In this document: one piece after another, positions 21,028-30,403 of the stretch
Numbering within the stretch: the stretch's first letter is position 1
Layout: each line of letters starts with the position of its first letter
Program-made: the position numbers and the translations under genes
The notes under the pieces: generated by a model
Database searches by the model: none
What the model was told of the DNA's origin: nothing
What the model saw: the letters and a program-made list of their open reading frames with translations, nothing else
From: Flavobacteriaceae bacterium
Lineage (GTDB): Bacteria; Bacteroidota; Bacteroidia; Flavobacteriales; Flavobacteriaceae
Assembly (NCBI GenBank): GCA_002862715.1
Contig: PKDV01000067.1
Location: 1 to 59,027 of the forward strand
Length of the DNA stretch: 59,027 nucleotides
Reading direction: 5' to 3'

Positions 21028-21086
21028 AAACTAAAGAATAACACGCTATTTCTATTGTATATTAGCTTAAACTTAATATTATAAAA

Positions 21087-23474
21087 ATGAAAAAAATTAT
21101 ACTATTCATTGTTGCAATTGCAACAACTTACAGCTTTGCTCAACAAACTTCAGTAACTGATTCAATTTCACTTGATGAGGTAGTTGTAGTTGGTGGCGGA
21201 GTTATTGACTTGGCAAAGGATAGAGTTACTCCAGTTGCATCTAATACATTAACCGCAGAAGATTTTGAAGACATTGGCGCGGGAAATGTTGAGTTTGGAG
21301 AAACTTTAAAGATGGTGCCAAATGTATATTTTGCGTCTAACAATGGTTATGGTGATGCAGAGCTATTTGTTCGTGGATTTGACATGGTTAATACTGCTTT
21401 AATGATAAATGGGCAACCAGTTAATGCAGTTGAGGACGGAAGGGTTTTTTGGTCAAATTGGTCTGGAATGTCAGATGTTGCACAGGAAGTAGAGGTGCAA
21501 AGAGGACTTGGCTCATCAAAACTTGCGATATCTTCTGTTGGAGGTACAATTAATATCGTAACAAAAACAACTGAGTCTACAAAAGGTGGATATTTCAGAA
21601 CACTTGCTGGTTCTGGAGGTTATGCAAAAGCTTCTTTTGCTTACAATACTGGTGTTAATGATAAAGGATGGGCGTTTTCGATGTTACTGGACCAGTGGAG
21701 AGCTGATAAAAAACCAGGCAGAAAATTTACAGCTGGTCAAGGTCAGGTGTATTTTTTCTCTGTAGGATATAGGCCAAACTCTAAAAATAATTTTAATTTA
21801 ATGTTTACAGGGGCGCCTCAATGGCACCACAATGCATGGTCAGAAGGAAGCTCTCATTTTGAAGAATATGGACTAGAAAGTAATGACAACGGAGGTATGT
21901 ATAAGGGTAGAGAACATTCAGAGAGAAGAAATTTCTATCACAAGCCTGTGGCTAATTTTACTTGGGACTGGAACATCAATGATAAGCTTGATTTATCTTC
22001 CGTACTTTACGGGTCTTGGGGCCGAGGAGGTGGAACAGGTGATGTTGGTAGAGGAAGAGTTAGAATAGAAGTTCCTGGCGGAAGAGAAATAGATTTTGAT
22101 GCTATTGAAGCAAATAACATTGCCAATGCGGATGCTAACGGGTACGTTAATTTTGGTAATGGATACATGAGAAGGGCTTCAATGAATCTTCATGATTGGT
22201 ATGGTGTGGTTTCAAATCTAAACATTGATAATGGAGGCGACTTTACATACAACATAGGTATCGACGGAAGAACCTATACGGGAACTCATTTTAGACAAAT
22301 GGTTAATATGTATGGAGCTTCAGGATATACTGATAATTTTAGATGGGGAAGCAGGCCTTCAGGTTTTACTGTTACTGAAACATATCCTGCAGACCCTTGG
22401 TCAACCTTCTTTGGGAATTATGCCCCTGAAGATCAGCGTTACGGATATGACTACGAGGAAACAATCAATTACATAGGTGGGTTTGGACAAGTTGAATATT
22501 CAAAGGATCGCTGGTCAACATTTTTACAGGGCTCGCTTTCAAGCCAAAGCATGCAAAGAACAGGAAGGTCTGATGGATTTGATGGCTCTGCTTTAGGGAC
22601 CAACGACAAACAAACTTTTGATGGTTATAACATCAAGGGAGGTTTTTCATTTAAACTAAGCGACAAATCTGTATTCTATGCAAACACAGGTTTCTATTCC
22701 AAACAACCATTTTTTGGAAATCTATATACAGATGACAGGTATAGTGGAGAATGGATAAATCTTGATGATGCTAATGAAGAAATCACTGGTTATGAAATAG
22801 GATATTCTTACACTTCTGAAAACTTAAGATTAATTGTTGATGCTTATTCAACCGAGTGGGGTAACAGATCATTTAGAATTAGTACTGAAAACGAAGCTGA
22901 AGACCAGCTTAGATACAATTTGACTGGAGTTGGCCAGCTTCACAAAGGTGTTGAATTTCAGGCAGATTTAAGGTATCTTGAAGGAACGGACATTAAGCTT
23001 TTTGCTACTCTAGGAAATTGGTTGTATCAAGGCAATGCAGATTACAATCTTACAACTGAAAGCGCCTCAACAGGGTCAATAACTACATCTAGTGGTTCTA
23101 TTTCAATTCAAGAGGTTAAAGTTGGAAGAGCACCTCAAACTTCATTTGGAATTAGTTTAAAAAATGACTTAACGGATGATTTATCTGTAGATGTTAGGTA
23201 CAATTATTATGCTGATCAGTACGCATATGTGGACCCAGAAGATGTTATTGCAGCTTCAATTGATGGCTCAACTTATCAGAGTGAAAAACTTGAAGACTAC
23301 GGACTTATGGATATGGGCTTGACTTATAAATTTAGTGCTGGTTCAAATGACATGAAATTTAGATTTAATGTCTATAACTTTTTTGATACTACTTATATAA
23401 CTACTATACAACAGTATGGTATTCTATATGGTATTCCAAGAACATTTAATATGAGTTTGAAATATATGTTCTAG
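21087..23474 (+). CDS. TonB-dependent outer-membrane receptor (no adjacent SusD-like gene)
   Basis: Signal peptide and plug motifs (LKMVPNVY, ELFVRGF, ALMINGQPVN, VEVQRGLGSS). 795 aa barrel ending ...NMSLKYMF with a terminal Phe. Confidence 0.85.
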   Translation: MKKIILFIVAIATTYSFAQQTSVTDSISLDEVVVVGGGVIDLAKDRVTPVASNTLTAEDFEDIGAGNVEFGETLKMVPNVYFASNNGYGDAELFVRGFDMVNTALMINGQPVNAVEDGRVFWSNWSGMSDVAQEVEVQRGLGSSKLAISSVGGTINIVTKTTESTKGGYFRTLAGSGGYAKASFAYNTGVNDKGWAFSMLLDQWRADKKPGRKFTAGQGQVYFFSVGYRPNSKNNFNLMFTGAPQWHHNAWSEGSSHFEEYGLESNDNGGMYKGREHSERRNFYHKPVANFTWDWNINDKLDLSSVLYGSWGRGGGTGDVGRGRVRIEVPGGREIDFDAIEANNIANADANGYVNFGNGYMRRASMNLHDWYGVVSNLNIDNGGDFTYNIGIDGRTYTGTHFRQMVNMYGASGYTDNFRWGSRPSGFTVTETYPADPWSTFFGNYAPEDQRYGYDYEETINYIGGFGQVEYSKDRWSTFLQGSLSSQSMQRTGRSDGFDGSALGTNDKQTFDGYNIKGGFSFKLSDKSVFYANTGFYSKQPFFGNLYTDDRYSGEWINLDDANEEITGYEIGYSYTSENLRLIVDAYSTEWGNRSFRISTENEAEDQLRYNLTGVGQLHKGVEFQADLRYLEGTDIKLFATLGNWLYQGNADYNLTTESASTGSITTSSGSISIQEVKVGRAPQTSFGISLKNDLTDDLSVDVRYNYYADQYAYVDPEDVIAASIDGSTYQSEKLEDYGLMDMGLTYKFSAGSNDMKFRFNVYNFFDTTYITTIQQYGILYGIPRTFNMSLKYMF

Positions 23475-23504
23475 TATTTAATTACAGTTACTTAATTATA
23501 CTAC

Positions 23505-23534
23505 AAACCCCTAATAATTTATTAGGGGTTTTTT
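23505..23534 (+). terminator. Rho-independent terminator
   Basis: 11-bp stem AAACCCCTAAT / ATTAGGGGTTT with a 5-nt loop, followed by a T-run. It lies 30 nt after the TBDR stop. It also sits at the 3' end of the convergent minus-strand operon. Confidence 0.8.
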
Positions 23535-23545
23535 AATTCTTTTTT

Positions 23546-23785
23546 TTAGCCATTTTTTGTAGTTATTACTTGCCCATCAAAATGATCATACTGATCTATT
23601 GTCGTTATGTATTTATTTTTTTTATAAGCATCTAATATCATTAAATAGGCATCAGCCTGATCGACATTTGCCAGCCTTTCGATCAATATAGGCTTAATAG
23701 CTAAAGGATATTTTTTAAAATAATCATCAGCTATTTCAAAATATTCATCTATTTTCAAACTTTCCGATTTAGATAATTTTCTCAC
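23546..23785 (-). CDS. Hypothetical small protein (79 aa)
   Basis: ORF with a GTG start, 9 nt downstream of the nuclease gene and upstream of the terminator. No recognisable motif. I keep it mainly because a 250-nt non-coding tail would be atypical for this genome. Confidence 0.45.
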   Translation of the reverse strand: MRKLSKSESLKIDEYFEIADDYFKKYPLAIKPILIERLANVDQADAYLMILDAYKKNKYITTIDQYDHFDGQVITTKNG

Positions 23786-23794
23786 AATTTATTT

Positions 23795-24571
23795 TTATAA
23801 CTGAGCATTTTTAATTAAAAACAAGGCTTCTTTTTCCATTTTTGGTACTTTTAAATGATAATACGTATCATATTTTGAATGTAACACAAGGATGTTCATT
23901 GAACTTATTGTTTTATCATAGTTGTTTTCTAAAATTTTTCTATAAATATTAAGTTGAAGACAATATTTATTAAAACTACTCGCGCCTATATGAGAAAGGT
24001 CTTCCAAGCCGTATTCGTAATGATTTGATGAAATTTTTCCATTTACATCCAAAATTTTTTTTGACCTTTTCCAGTCAAAAAGAAATAATTCTCCATTATT
24101 TTTTTCGTATACCATATCGATAGTTCCAGCTAGAGAGAGCGAAGAATCATAAATCTGCCATTCAGTTCGATATGGCTTTAGTTTTGGGTATGTCTTTAAA
24201 AAATCTAAAAAATATTTAAACTCTTCAACATCAATTTTGCTTTCAGCCTTGTTGTAATAATTTTCGATTTGCTTGTGTAATAAGCTGCCTTTTTCTGATG
24301 ATATTTTTCTTTTATTGTCCCATTCCAAAAGTATCTCAGATCTAGTTTTTTGAAGAGTGTCTTCGTCATAAAATTCTAAATGTTTTAATTTTTCTTTTGC
24401 TTTATAGTTGGACCAATATTCAGAATCAAATTTTGGAAAAAATTTTTCTACAATTTCAGTTACTGAAAAATTAACTTTCTCTCCATTGACAAAATAGGTG
24501 TGTGTGTCCTCATCAAAAGATATTTTGTCGTCATTATTGTGATGATTAATTTTACTAAGCTGCTCAATCAT
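23795..24571 (-). CDS. PD-(D/E)XK (RecB/Cas4-like, MGME1-like) nuclease family protein
   Basis: Motif series GSLLHKQIE, AGTIDMVYE, LFDWKRSKK (D-x-K) and YCLQLNIYRKIL (QxxxY). It has a single Cys, so no Cas4 Fe-S cluster. The start forms ATGA with the rsmI stop. Confidence 0.65.
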   Translation of the reverse strand: MIEQLSKINHHNNDDKISFDEDTHTYFVNGEKVNFSVTEIVEKFFPKFDSEYWSNYKAKEKLKHLEFYDEDTLQKTRSEILLEWDNKRKISSEKGSLLHKQIENYYNKAESKIDVEEFKYFLDFLKTYPKLKPYRTEWQIYDSSLSLAGTIDMVYEKNNGELFLFDWKRSKKILDVNGKISSNHYEYGLEDLSHIGASSFNKYCLQLNIYRKILENNYDKTISSMNILVLHSKYDTYYHLKVPKMEKEALFLIKNAQL

Positions 24572-25257
24572 TTTCCTTTTATAACTATTACAAACTCGCC
24601 TTTTGGTTTGGTTTTATTGAAATGCGAAATAACTTCTTTGAATGAGCCTCTTAATGTTTCTTCATAAATTTTTGAAATTTCTCTAGAAACACTAATTTTT
24701 CTACTATCACCCAATGCATTTGAAAGTTCGGATAATGTTTTTATGAGCCGGTGAGGAGCTTCATAGATTACAATAGTTCTTTTTTCTTCGATAAGTTCAT
24801 CAACTCTTTTCTGCCGTCCTTTTTTGTGTGGAAGAAAACCTTCAAAAACAAATCTATTTGCAGGAAGGCCACTTAATGAGATTGCTGGAATTAGAGCTGT
24901 AGGCCCTGGCAAAGCGTGGACAGTAATGTTATTTTTCACACACTCTCGTACAATTAGAAATCCAGGGTCTGATATTGATGGGCTTCCTGCATCAGAAACC
25001 AAAGCAATTTTAGAATATTTATCGAATTCTGATAAGATTTTAGGCACTAGTTTATGCTCATTATTTAAATTGAATGATCTCATTTTTACATTTATATCAT
25101 AAAACTTAAGAAGTTTGGATGTAACCCTTGTGTTTTCAGCAAGAATGTAATCCATTTTTTTTAGAGTTTCGATAGCACGCAATGTTATATCCGAAAGATT
25201 TCCAATAGGAGTAGGAACAAGATACAAGCCGGTTAGAATATTTTTCTTTTCATTCAA
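24568..25257 (-). CDS. rsmI: 16S rRNA (cytidine1402-2'-O)-methyltransferase
   Basis: LYLVPTPIGNLSDIT N-terminal motif of the tetrapyrrole-methylase-fold RsmI. The longest ORF (to 25338) overlaps the upstream gene by 77 nt. The TTG at 25257 gives a canonical N-terminus with no overlap. Confidence 0.85.
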   Translation of the reverse strand: MNEKKNILTGLYLVPTPIGNLSDITLRAIETLKKMDYILAENTRVTSKLLKFYDINVKMRSFNLNNEHKLVPKILSEFDKYSKIALVSDAGSPSISDPGFLIVRECVKNNITVHALPGPTALIPAISLSGLPANRFVFEGFLPHKKGRQKRVDELIEEKRTIVIYEAPHRLIKTLSELSNALGDSRKISVSREISKIYEETLRGSFKEVISHFNKTKPKGEFVIVIKGK

Positions 25258-25261
25258 TTTT

Positions 25262-25675
25262 TTAATTTTTTTTAGTGTATAGCTTATGAATTTCTGAATA
25301 AAACTTGTTAACCATTTCTTCTTTATCATCCCAGTCATAATCTGGCGCTACATTATTTTTTAAAAAATCTTCAGCATTTACATAATTATCTTTTGATTTT
25401 AACATAGAAATTACCCTTTGGTAATCTGACTCTACTCCATCAAACAGTGAATTAATAAATGATGTTTCTAGGCTTTCGAACTCTGGCTCTTTGACAGGTG
25501 AAACTAATTCATGGTCCAATTTACTTTCAGTTACTTCATTCGATTTTATTAAATCGATTATTTCAATAGATTTAGAATAGATTTTATCAAGATTTAGTTT
25601 TTTTCTATTTCTTAAAATTTCATGTGCAATACTCATTAGTTTTAATTCTAGAGCATTAATGTTTTTTTCTTTCAT
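25262..25675 (-). CDS. Hypothetical acidic protein (137 aa)
   Basis: ATG-initiated ORF at the head of the rsmI operon. No signal peptide, TM segment or known motif. Confidence 0.55.
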   Translation of the reverse strand: MKEKNINALELKLMSIAHEILRNRKKLNLDKIYSKSIEIIDLIKSNEVTESKLDHELVSPVKEPEFESLETSFINSLFDGVESDYQRVISMLKSKDNYVNAEDFLKNNVAPDYDWDDKEEMVNKFYSEIHKLYTKKN

Positions 25676-25700
25676 AGCAAGATTAGCTATTTAAATTTAA

Positions 25701-25708
25701 TAATTTTG
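25701..25708 (+). promoter_or_regulatory. Candidate -7 promoter box (TAATTTTG) for tdk
   Basis: Exact TAnnTTTG match, 43 nt upstream of the tdk ATG, in a divergent intergenic region. Confidence 0.35.
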
Positions 25709-25750
25709 ATTGTATATTAATGCCAAGTTAAAACAGATTAAAAATTTTTC

Positions 25751-26392
25751 ATGTTCTCAGAAAAAGTTGTTGACAAAAGCAGTTCGTACGGCTGGATTGA
25801 AGTAATTACAGGCTCAATGTTTTCTGGAAAGACAGAAGAACTTATTAGAAGATTAAATAGAGCTATAATTGCCAAGAAAAAAGTAAAAATTTTCAAACCA
25901 GAAGTTGACAGCAGATATGATAAAAACAAAGTTGTGTCACACGATTCAAATGAAATTAATTCTACTGTAGTCTCATCATCTTTTGAAATTGTAAAACTAT
26001 CAAAAGGATTCAATGTTGTAGGAATTGATGAAGCTCAGTTTTTCGATGAAGAAATCGTTCATGTTTGTAATGAATTGGCTAACTCAGGAATTAGAGTTGT
26101 CGTAGCTGGACTAGATATGGACTTTAAGGGCAATCCTTTCGGACCAATGCCAAAACTAATGGCTGTAGCTGAATATGTTACAAAAGTACATGCAATTTGT
26201 TCTAAAACAGGACGCTTGGCTAATTACAGTTTTAGAAAAAAGAACAATGATAGTTTGGTTATGCTAGGAGAAAGTGAAGAATATGAACCACTTAGTAGAG
26301 AATCTTTTTTCAAAGCAATCATTAGCGATAATGCCAGAAAAATAAATGTTACAGTTGAGGAGGTTTTACCAAAAAAGCCTTTAAATAGATAG
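25751..26392 (+). CDS. tdk: Thymidine kinase
   Basis: P-loop GSMFSGKTEEL and VGIDEAQFF motifs. 213 aa. Confidence 0.93.
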   Translation: MFSEKVVDKSSSYGWIEVITGSMFSGKTEELIRRLNRAIIAKKKVKIFKPEVDSRYDKNKVVSHDSNEINSTVVSSSFEIVKLSKGFNVVGIDEAQFFDEEIVHVCNELANSGIRVVVAGLDMDFKGNPFGPMPKLMAVAEYVTKVHAICSKTGRLANYSFRKKNNDSLVMLGESEEYEPLSRESFFKAIISDNARKINVTVEEVLPKKPLNR

Positions 26393-26397
26393 CTCAA

Positions 26398-27498
26398 ATG
26401 AAATCAACATATTTAGAAATAAATTTATCAAACCTAAAGCATAATTATAATCATATTCGAAGCTTTTTAAATCCAGAAACAAAATTTTTAGCTGTTGTAA
26501 AGGCAAATGGATATGGTAATGGGTCCAGGGAAGTTTCAAAATGTTTATCTGAATCTGGAGTAGATTATTTTGGAGTGGCCTACGTTAGGGAAGGAGTTGA
26601 GTTAAGAAATCAAGGGATAAAAAAACCTATTTTGGTTTTTCATCCACAATTAGAAAATTTACAGGAACTAATTAATTATAATTTAGAACCTAGCATTTAC
26701 AGCTTAAATTTCTTTAATAATTTTTTATCAATTCTAAAATCAAACAATAAGAAATTATACCCTATTCAAATTAATTTCAATACCGGATTGAACAGGTTGG
26801 GTTTTTCTGAAAAACATTACAACGAGGTTATAAATAAATTAAACAAGAACAATTCACTTGTTAAATTAAAAGGAGTTTATTCTCATTTGGCATCTTCGGA
26901 TGATTTAGGTGAGGATCATTTTAACATGTCACAGATCACAAAGTTTGAAAAAATTACAGGACTTATAAAGCCAATTTTTCCAAATGCTATTTTTCATTTG
27001 TTAAATACATCGGGGGTTATGAATTATAAAAATTATCAGTTTGATATGGTTCGTGCCGGTATAAGTTTATACGGATATAGTAATGATAATGAAATTGATA
27101 AATTTTTAAAACCTGTATTGACTTTAAAAACAATAATTTCACAAATTCATAAAATAAAAAAAGGCGATTCGGTTGGTTATAACCGTTCGTTGATTGCAAA
27201 AAAAAATATGTCTATTGCTACAATCCCTCTTGGGCATTCTTATGGCATAACTAGAATTTATGGTAACGGAAAAGGGTATGTTTACGTTAAAGGTAAAAAA
27301 GCTTTTGTTGTGGGAAATGTTTGTATGGATATGTTAATGTTAGATGTTTCAGCTATTGAATGCAAAGAAGGCGATGAGGTAGTTGTGGTTGGAGAAAATG
27401 CCAGCGCAGAGGCACTTGCTAATTCAGCTGGGACAATTTCTTATGAGTTATTGACAGGGTTATCAGACAGAATTACTCGTAGAGTAATTGTAGGATAA
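26398..27498 (+). CDS. alr: Alanine racemase
   Basis: PLP-lysine motif AVVKANGYGNG. 366 aa. Confidence 0.9.
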   Translation: MKSTYLEINLSNLKHNYNHIRSFLNPETKFLAVVKANGYGNGSREVSKCLSESGVDYFGVAYVREGVELRNQGIKKPILVFHPQLENLQELINYNLEPSIYSLNFFNNFLSILKSNNKKLYPIQINFNTGLNRLGFSEKHYNEVINKLNKNNSLVKLKGVYSHLASSDDLGEDHFNMSQITKFEKITGLIKPIFPNAIFHLLNTSGVMNYKNYQFDMVRAGISLYGYSNDNEIDKFLKPVLTLKTIISQIHKIKKGDSVGYNRSLIAKKNMSIATIPLGHSYGITRIYGNGKGYVYVKGKKAFVVGNVCMDMLMLDVSAIECKEGDEVVVVGENASAEALANSAGTISYELLTGLSDRITRRVIVG

Positions 27499-27554
27499 TT
27501 TCACTTATTTTTAAAATATTACAGATTAATATTACATTCGCTTAAAATTTATTT

Positions 27555-28541
27555 ATGCGTTTAGCAGTAGTCGGTGTAACTGGAATGGTTGGTCAAATAA
27601 TGCTAAAGATTTTATTTGAACGCAATATTAAAATAAAAGAATTCTTTCCAGTAGCTTCAAAAAAATCCGTTGGTAAAAAAATAACTTTTGGTAATAAAAA
27701 ATTTACAATTATTGGTTTAAATGATGTAATTAAATTAAAGCCAGACGTAGCTTTATTTTCAGCTGGTGGTAGTGTTTCAATGGAGTGGGCACCTAAGTTT
27801 TCAAAAATTGGATGTAAGGTCATTGACAATTCCTCCGCTTGGAGAATGAAAGAAAACATAAAGTTAATTGTTCCTGAAATTAATGCTAGTATTTTAAAAC
27901 CTAGCGATACAATTATATCTAATCCGAACTGTTCTACCATTCAAATGTTGATGGCGATTGCACCAATTCACAAAATATATAATATTCAGAGAGTTGTTGT
28001 TTCAACATATCAATCTATCACTGGAACTGGAATGAAAGCAGTAAGACAACTTGAAAGTGAATTAAATGGCGAAAAAAAAGAAATGATTTATCCTCATCAA
28101 ATTCATAAAAACGCATTGCCTCATTGTGATGTTTTTTTAGAAAATGGATACACTAAAGAAGAAATGAAACTTGTTAATGAAACACACAAAATCCTTGATT
28201 CTAAAATAAATGTTACGGCTACGGCTGTAAGAATTCCAGTTGTTGGGGGTCATAGTGAATCCATTAATCTAACACTTACAAAACCATTTGAAACAAGCGA
28301 TATTTTAGAATTATTATCAAAGACCAATGGAGTTGTAGTTCAAGACAACCCGAAAGAAAACCATTATCCAATGCCAATAAAAGCTGAGGGGAAAGATGAT
28401 GTTTTTGTTGGTAGAATAAGAAGAGATAATTCACAAAATAATGGCTTAAACTTATGGGTTGTTTCCGATAATTTAAGAAAGGGTGCAGCAACCAACACTA
28501 TTCAAATACTTGAGTATCTTATAGAAAAAAATTGGGTTTAA
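27555..28541 (+). CDS. asd: Aspartate-semialdehyde dehydrogenase
   Basis: N-terminal Rossmann VAVVGVTGMVGQ and active-site NPNCSTIQM. 328 aa. Confidence 0.95.
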   Translation: MRLAVVGVTGMVGQIMLKILFERNIKIKEFFPVASKKSVGKKITFGNKKFTIIGLNDVIKLKPDVALFSAGGSVSMEWAPKFSKIGCKVIDNSSAWRMKENIKLIVPEINASILKPSDTIISNPNCSTIQMLMAIAPIHKIYNIQRVVVSTYQSITGTGMKAVRQLESELNGEKKEMIYPHQIHKNALPHCDVFLENGYTKEEMKLVNETHKILDSKINVTATAVRIPVVGGHSESINLTLTKPFETSDILELLSKTNGVVVQDNPKENHYPMPIKAEGKDDVFVGRIRRDNSQNNGLNLWVVSDNLRKGAATNTIQILEYLIEKNWV

Positions 28542-28551
28542 TCTATAAAAC

Positions 28552-29889
28552 CTAAACCATTTTAAAATCATCCATAAACTTAGTAGTATAATTGCCATTT
28601 ATAAAGTCAGGATGCTCCATAAGTTGTTTATGAAATGGGATTGTAGTTTTTATTCCTTCAATAACGAACTCATCGAGCGCTCTTTTCATTTTATTAATAG
28701 CTTCATCTCTAGTTTGTGCGGTTGTAATTAATTTAGCTATCATGGAGTCGTAGTGTGGAGGAATGCTATAGCCGCTATACACGTGGGTGTCTAGCCTGAC
28801 CCCGTGTCCTCCAGGAGTATGAAGGTTTTGTATGGTGCCAGGAGATGGTCTAAAATCATTGTATGGATCTTCAGCGTTGATTCTACATTCAATTGAATGA
28901 AGTTTTGGATAATAGTTTTTGCCTTGAATTTTGATTCCAGCGGCTACTTTAATTTGTTCAGCAATAAGGTCAAAATCTATTACTTGTTCTGTAATCGGAT
29001 GTTCAACTTGAATTCGAGTATTCATTTCCATAAAATAAAACTTACGATTCTTGTCCACTAAAAACTCAACAGTTCCAGCCCCCTCATATTTAATATATTC
29101 TGCAGCTTTCACAGCAGCAGCCCCCATAGACATTCTAAGTTTTTCAGTCATAAAAGGTGATGGGGTTTCTTCAGTAAGTTTTTGGTGCCTGCGTTGAACA
29201 GAGCAGTCTCTTTCAGAAAGATGACAAGCTTTTCCAAATGAATCACCTACAATTTGGATTTCAATATGCCTTGGCTCTTCAATAAGTTTTTCCATATACA
29301 TGTCATCATTATTAAAAGCAGCTTTTGATTCTTGCCTTGCACTTTCCCATGCTTTTTCAAGTTCATCTTCGGTCCAAACAGCGCGCATACCTTTACCCCC
29401 TCCACCGGCAGTTGCCTTAAGCATAACTGGGTAACCAATTTTTTTTGCGATTTTTTGACACTCACTAAAATTTGAAATTATCCCTTCTGAACCAGGGATT
29501 GTAGGAACCCCAGCGGATTTCATTGTGGATTTTGCAGTTGCTTTGTCTCCCATTTGTTCAATCATTTCAGGAGATGCACCAATAAACTTGATTTTGTGTT
29601 CGTCACATATTTTGGAAAACTTAGCATTTTCAGATAAAAAACCATAACCAGGATGAATCGCATCTGCGTTTGTTATTTCAGCAGCTGCAATTAAATTTGA
29701 CACCTTTAAATAAGAATCAATACTTGGAGATGGTCCTATACAAACTGCTTCATCAGCAAATCTTACATGTAAACTATCAACATCAGCTTTGGAATAAACT
29801 GCTACTGTTTTAATTCCCATTTCTTTGCAAGTTCGAATAACTCGAAGTGCAATTTCACCTCTGTTTGCGATTAAAATTTTGTTAAACAT
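28552..29889 (-). CDS. accC: Acetyl-CoA carboxylase, biotin carboxylase subunit
   Basis: [16 protein letters not shown]-terminus with ATP-grasp motifs. 445 aa. Sits downstream of accB. Confidence 0.97.
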   Translation of the reverse strand: MFNKILIANRGEIALRVIRTCKEMGIKTVAVYSKADVDSLHVRFADEAVCIGPSPSIDSYLKVSNLIAAAEITNADAIHPGYGFLSENAKFSKICDEHKIKFIGASPEMIEQMGDKATAKSTMKSAGVPTIPGSEGIISNFSECQKIAKKIGYPVMLKATAGGGGKGMRAVWTEDELEKAWESARQESKAAFNNDDMYMEKLIEEPRHIEIQIVGDSFGKACHLSERDCSVQRRHQKLTEETPSPFMTEKLRMSMGAAAVKAAEYIKYEGAGTVEFLVDKNRKFYFMEMNTRIQVEHPITEQVIDFDLIAEQIKVAAGIKIQGKNYYPKLHSIECRINAEDPYNDFRPSPGTIQNLHTPGGHGVRLDTHVYSGYSIPPHYDSMIAKLITTAQTRDEAINKMKRALDEFVIEGIKTTIPFHKQLMEHPDFINGNYTTKFMDDFKMV

Positions 29890-29897
29890 AGCTCAGC

Positions 29898-30392
29898 TTA
29901 AGAAGGATCTATAACAAATAAAGGTTGATCAAATTCAACTGGTGTTGAATCGTCAACTAAAATTTTCACTATAGTTCCTGATGTTTCCGCTTCGATTTCA
30001 TTAAAGAGTTTCATGGCTTCAATGACGCAGAGTGTATCACCAACATTTACTCTGTCGCCTACTTCAACAAAATTTGGTTTTTCTGGAGAAGGTTTTCTGT
30101 AAAAAGTACCTATAATTGGGGATTTTACTAAATTTTCGTCACTATTATCATCAAGTTCTTTGCCGGCAGTTGGCGGCTGTGATGTAAATTCTGTTGAAGG
30201 GGTCAATACAGGCTTTTCAACCATTGCAATTGAAGGCGGAGCAATATTTGATGAAACTTGTGTAAGACGTTTTGATTTTTCAGATGCACCAGTTTTAACT
30301 GTAATTTTCACATCACCAATCTCAAGACTGACTTCACTAACACCAGTTTTCGCAACAAATTTTATTAAATTTTGAATATCCTTAAGTTCCAT
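29898..30392 (-). CDS. accB: Biotin carboxyl carrier protein
   Basis: C-terminal biotinylation motif [14 protein letters not shown]. 164 aa with a Pro/Ala-rich linker. Confidence 0.95.
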   Translation of the reverse strand: MELKDIQNLIKFVAKTGVSEVSLEIGDVKITVKTGASEKSKRLTQVSSNIAPPSIAMVEKPVLTPSTEFTSQPPTAGKELDDNSDENLVKSPIIGTFYRKPSPEKPNFVEVGDRVNVGDTLCVIEAMKLFNEIEAETSGTIVKILVDDSTPVEFDQPLFVIDPS

Positions 30393-30403
30393 AATAATTT
30401 TAT

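Noticed and set aside
23795-24571. PD-(D/E)XK nuclease considered as Cas4, a restriction enzyme, or part of an anti-phage defence island.
   Set aside because: There are no cas genes, CRISPR array, methyltransferase, ATPase/helicase partner or mobile-element boundary nearby. The 4-Cys cluster is absent. The gene is ATGA-coupled to the core gene rsmI. I kept it as a lower-key finding instead.
24568-25338. The longest rsmI ORF overlaps the upstream 137-aa gene by 77 nt. This might suggest a frameshift or an overlapping-gene arrangement.
   Set aside because: The extra 27 N-terminal residues precede the conserved LYLVPTPIGN start region. A TTG at 25257, just after the upstream stop, gives a normal-length RsmI. 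This is most likely only a start-codon call issue.
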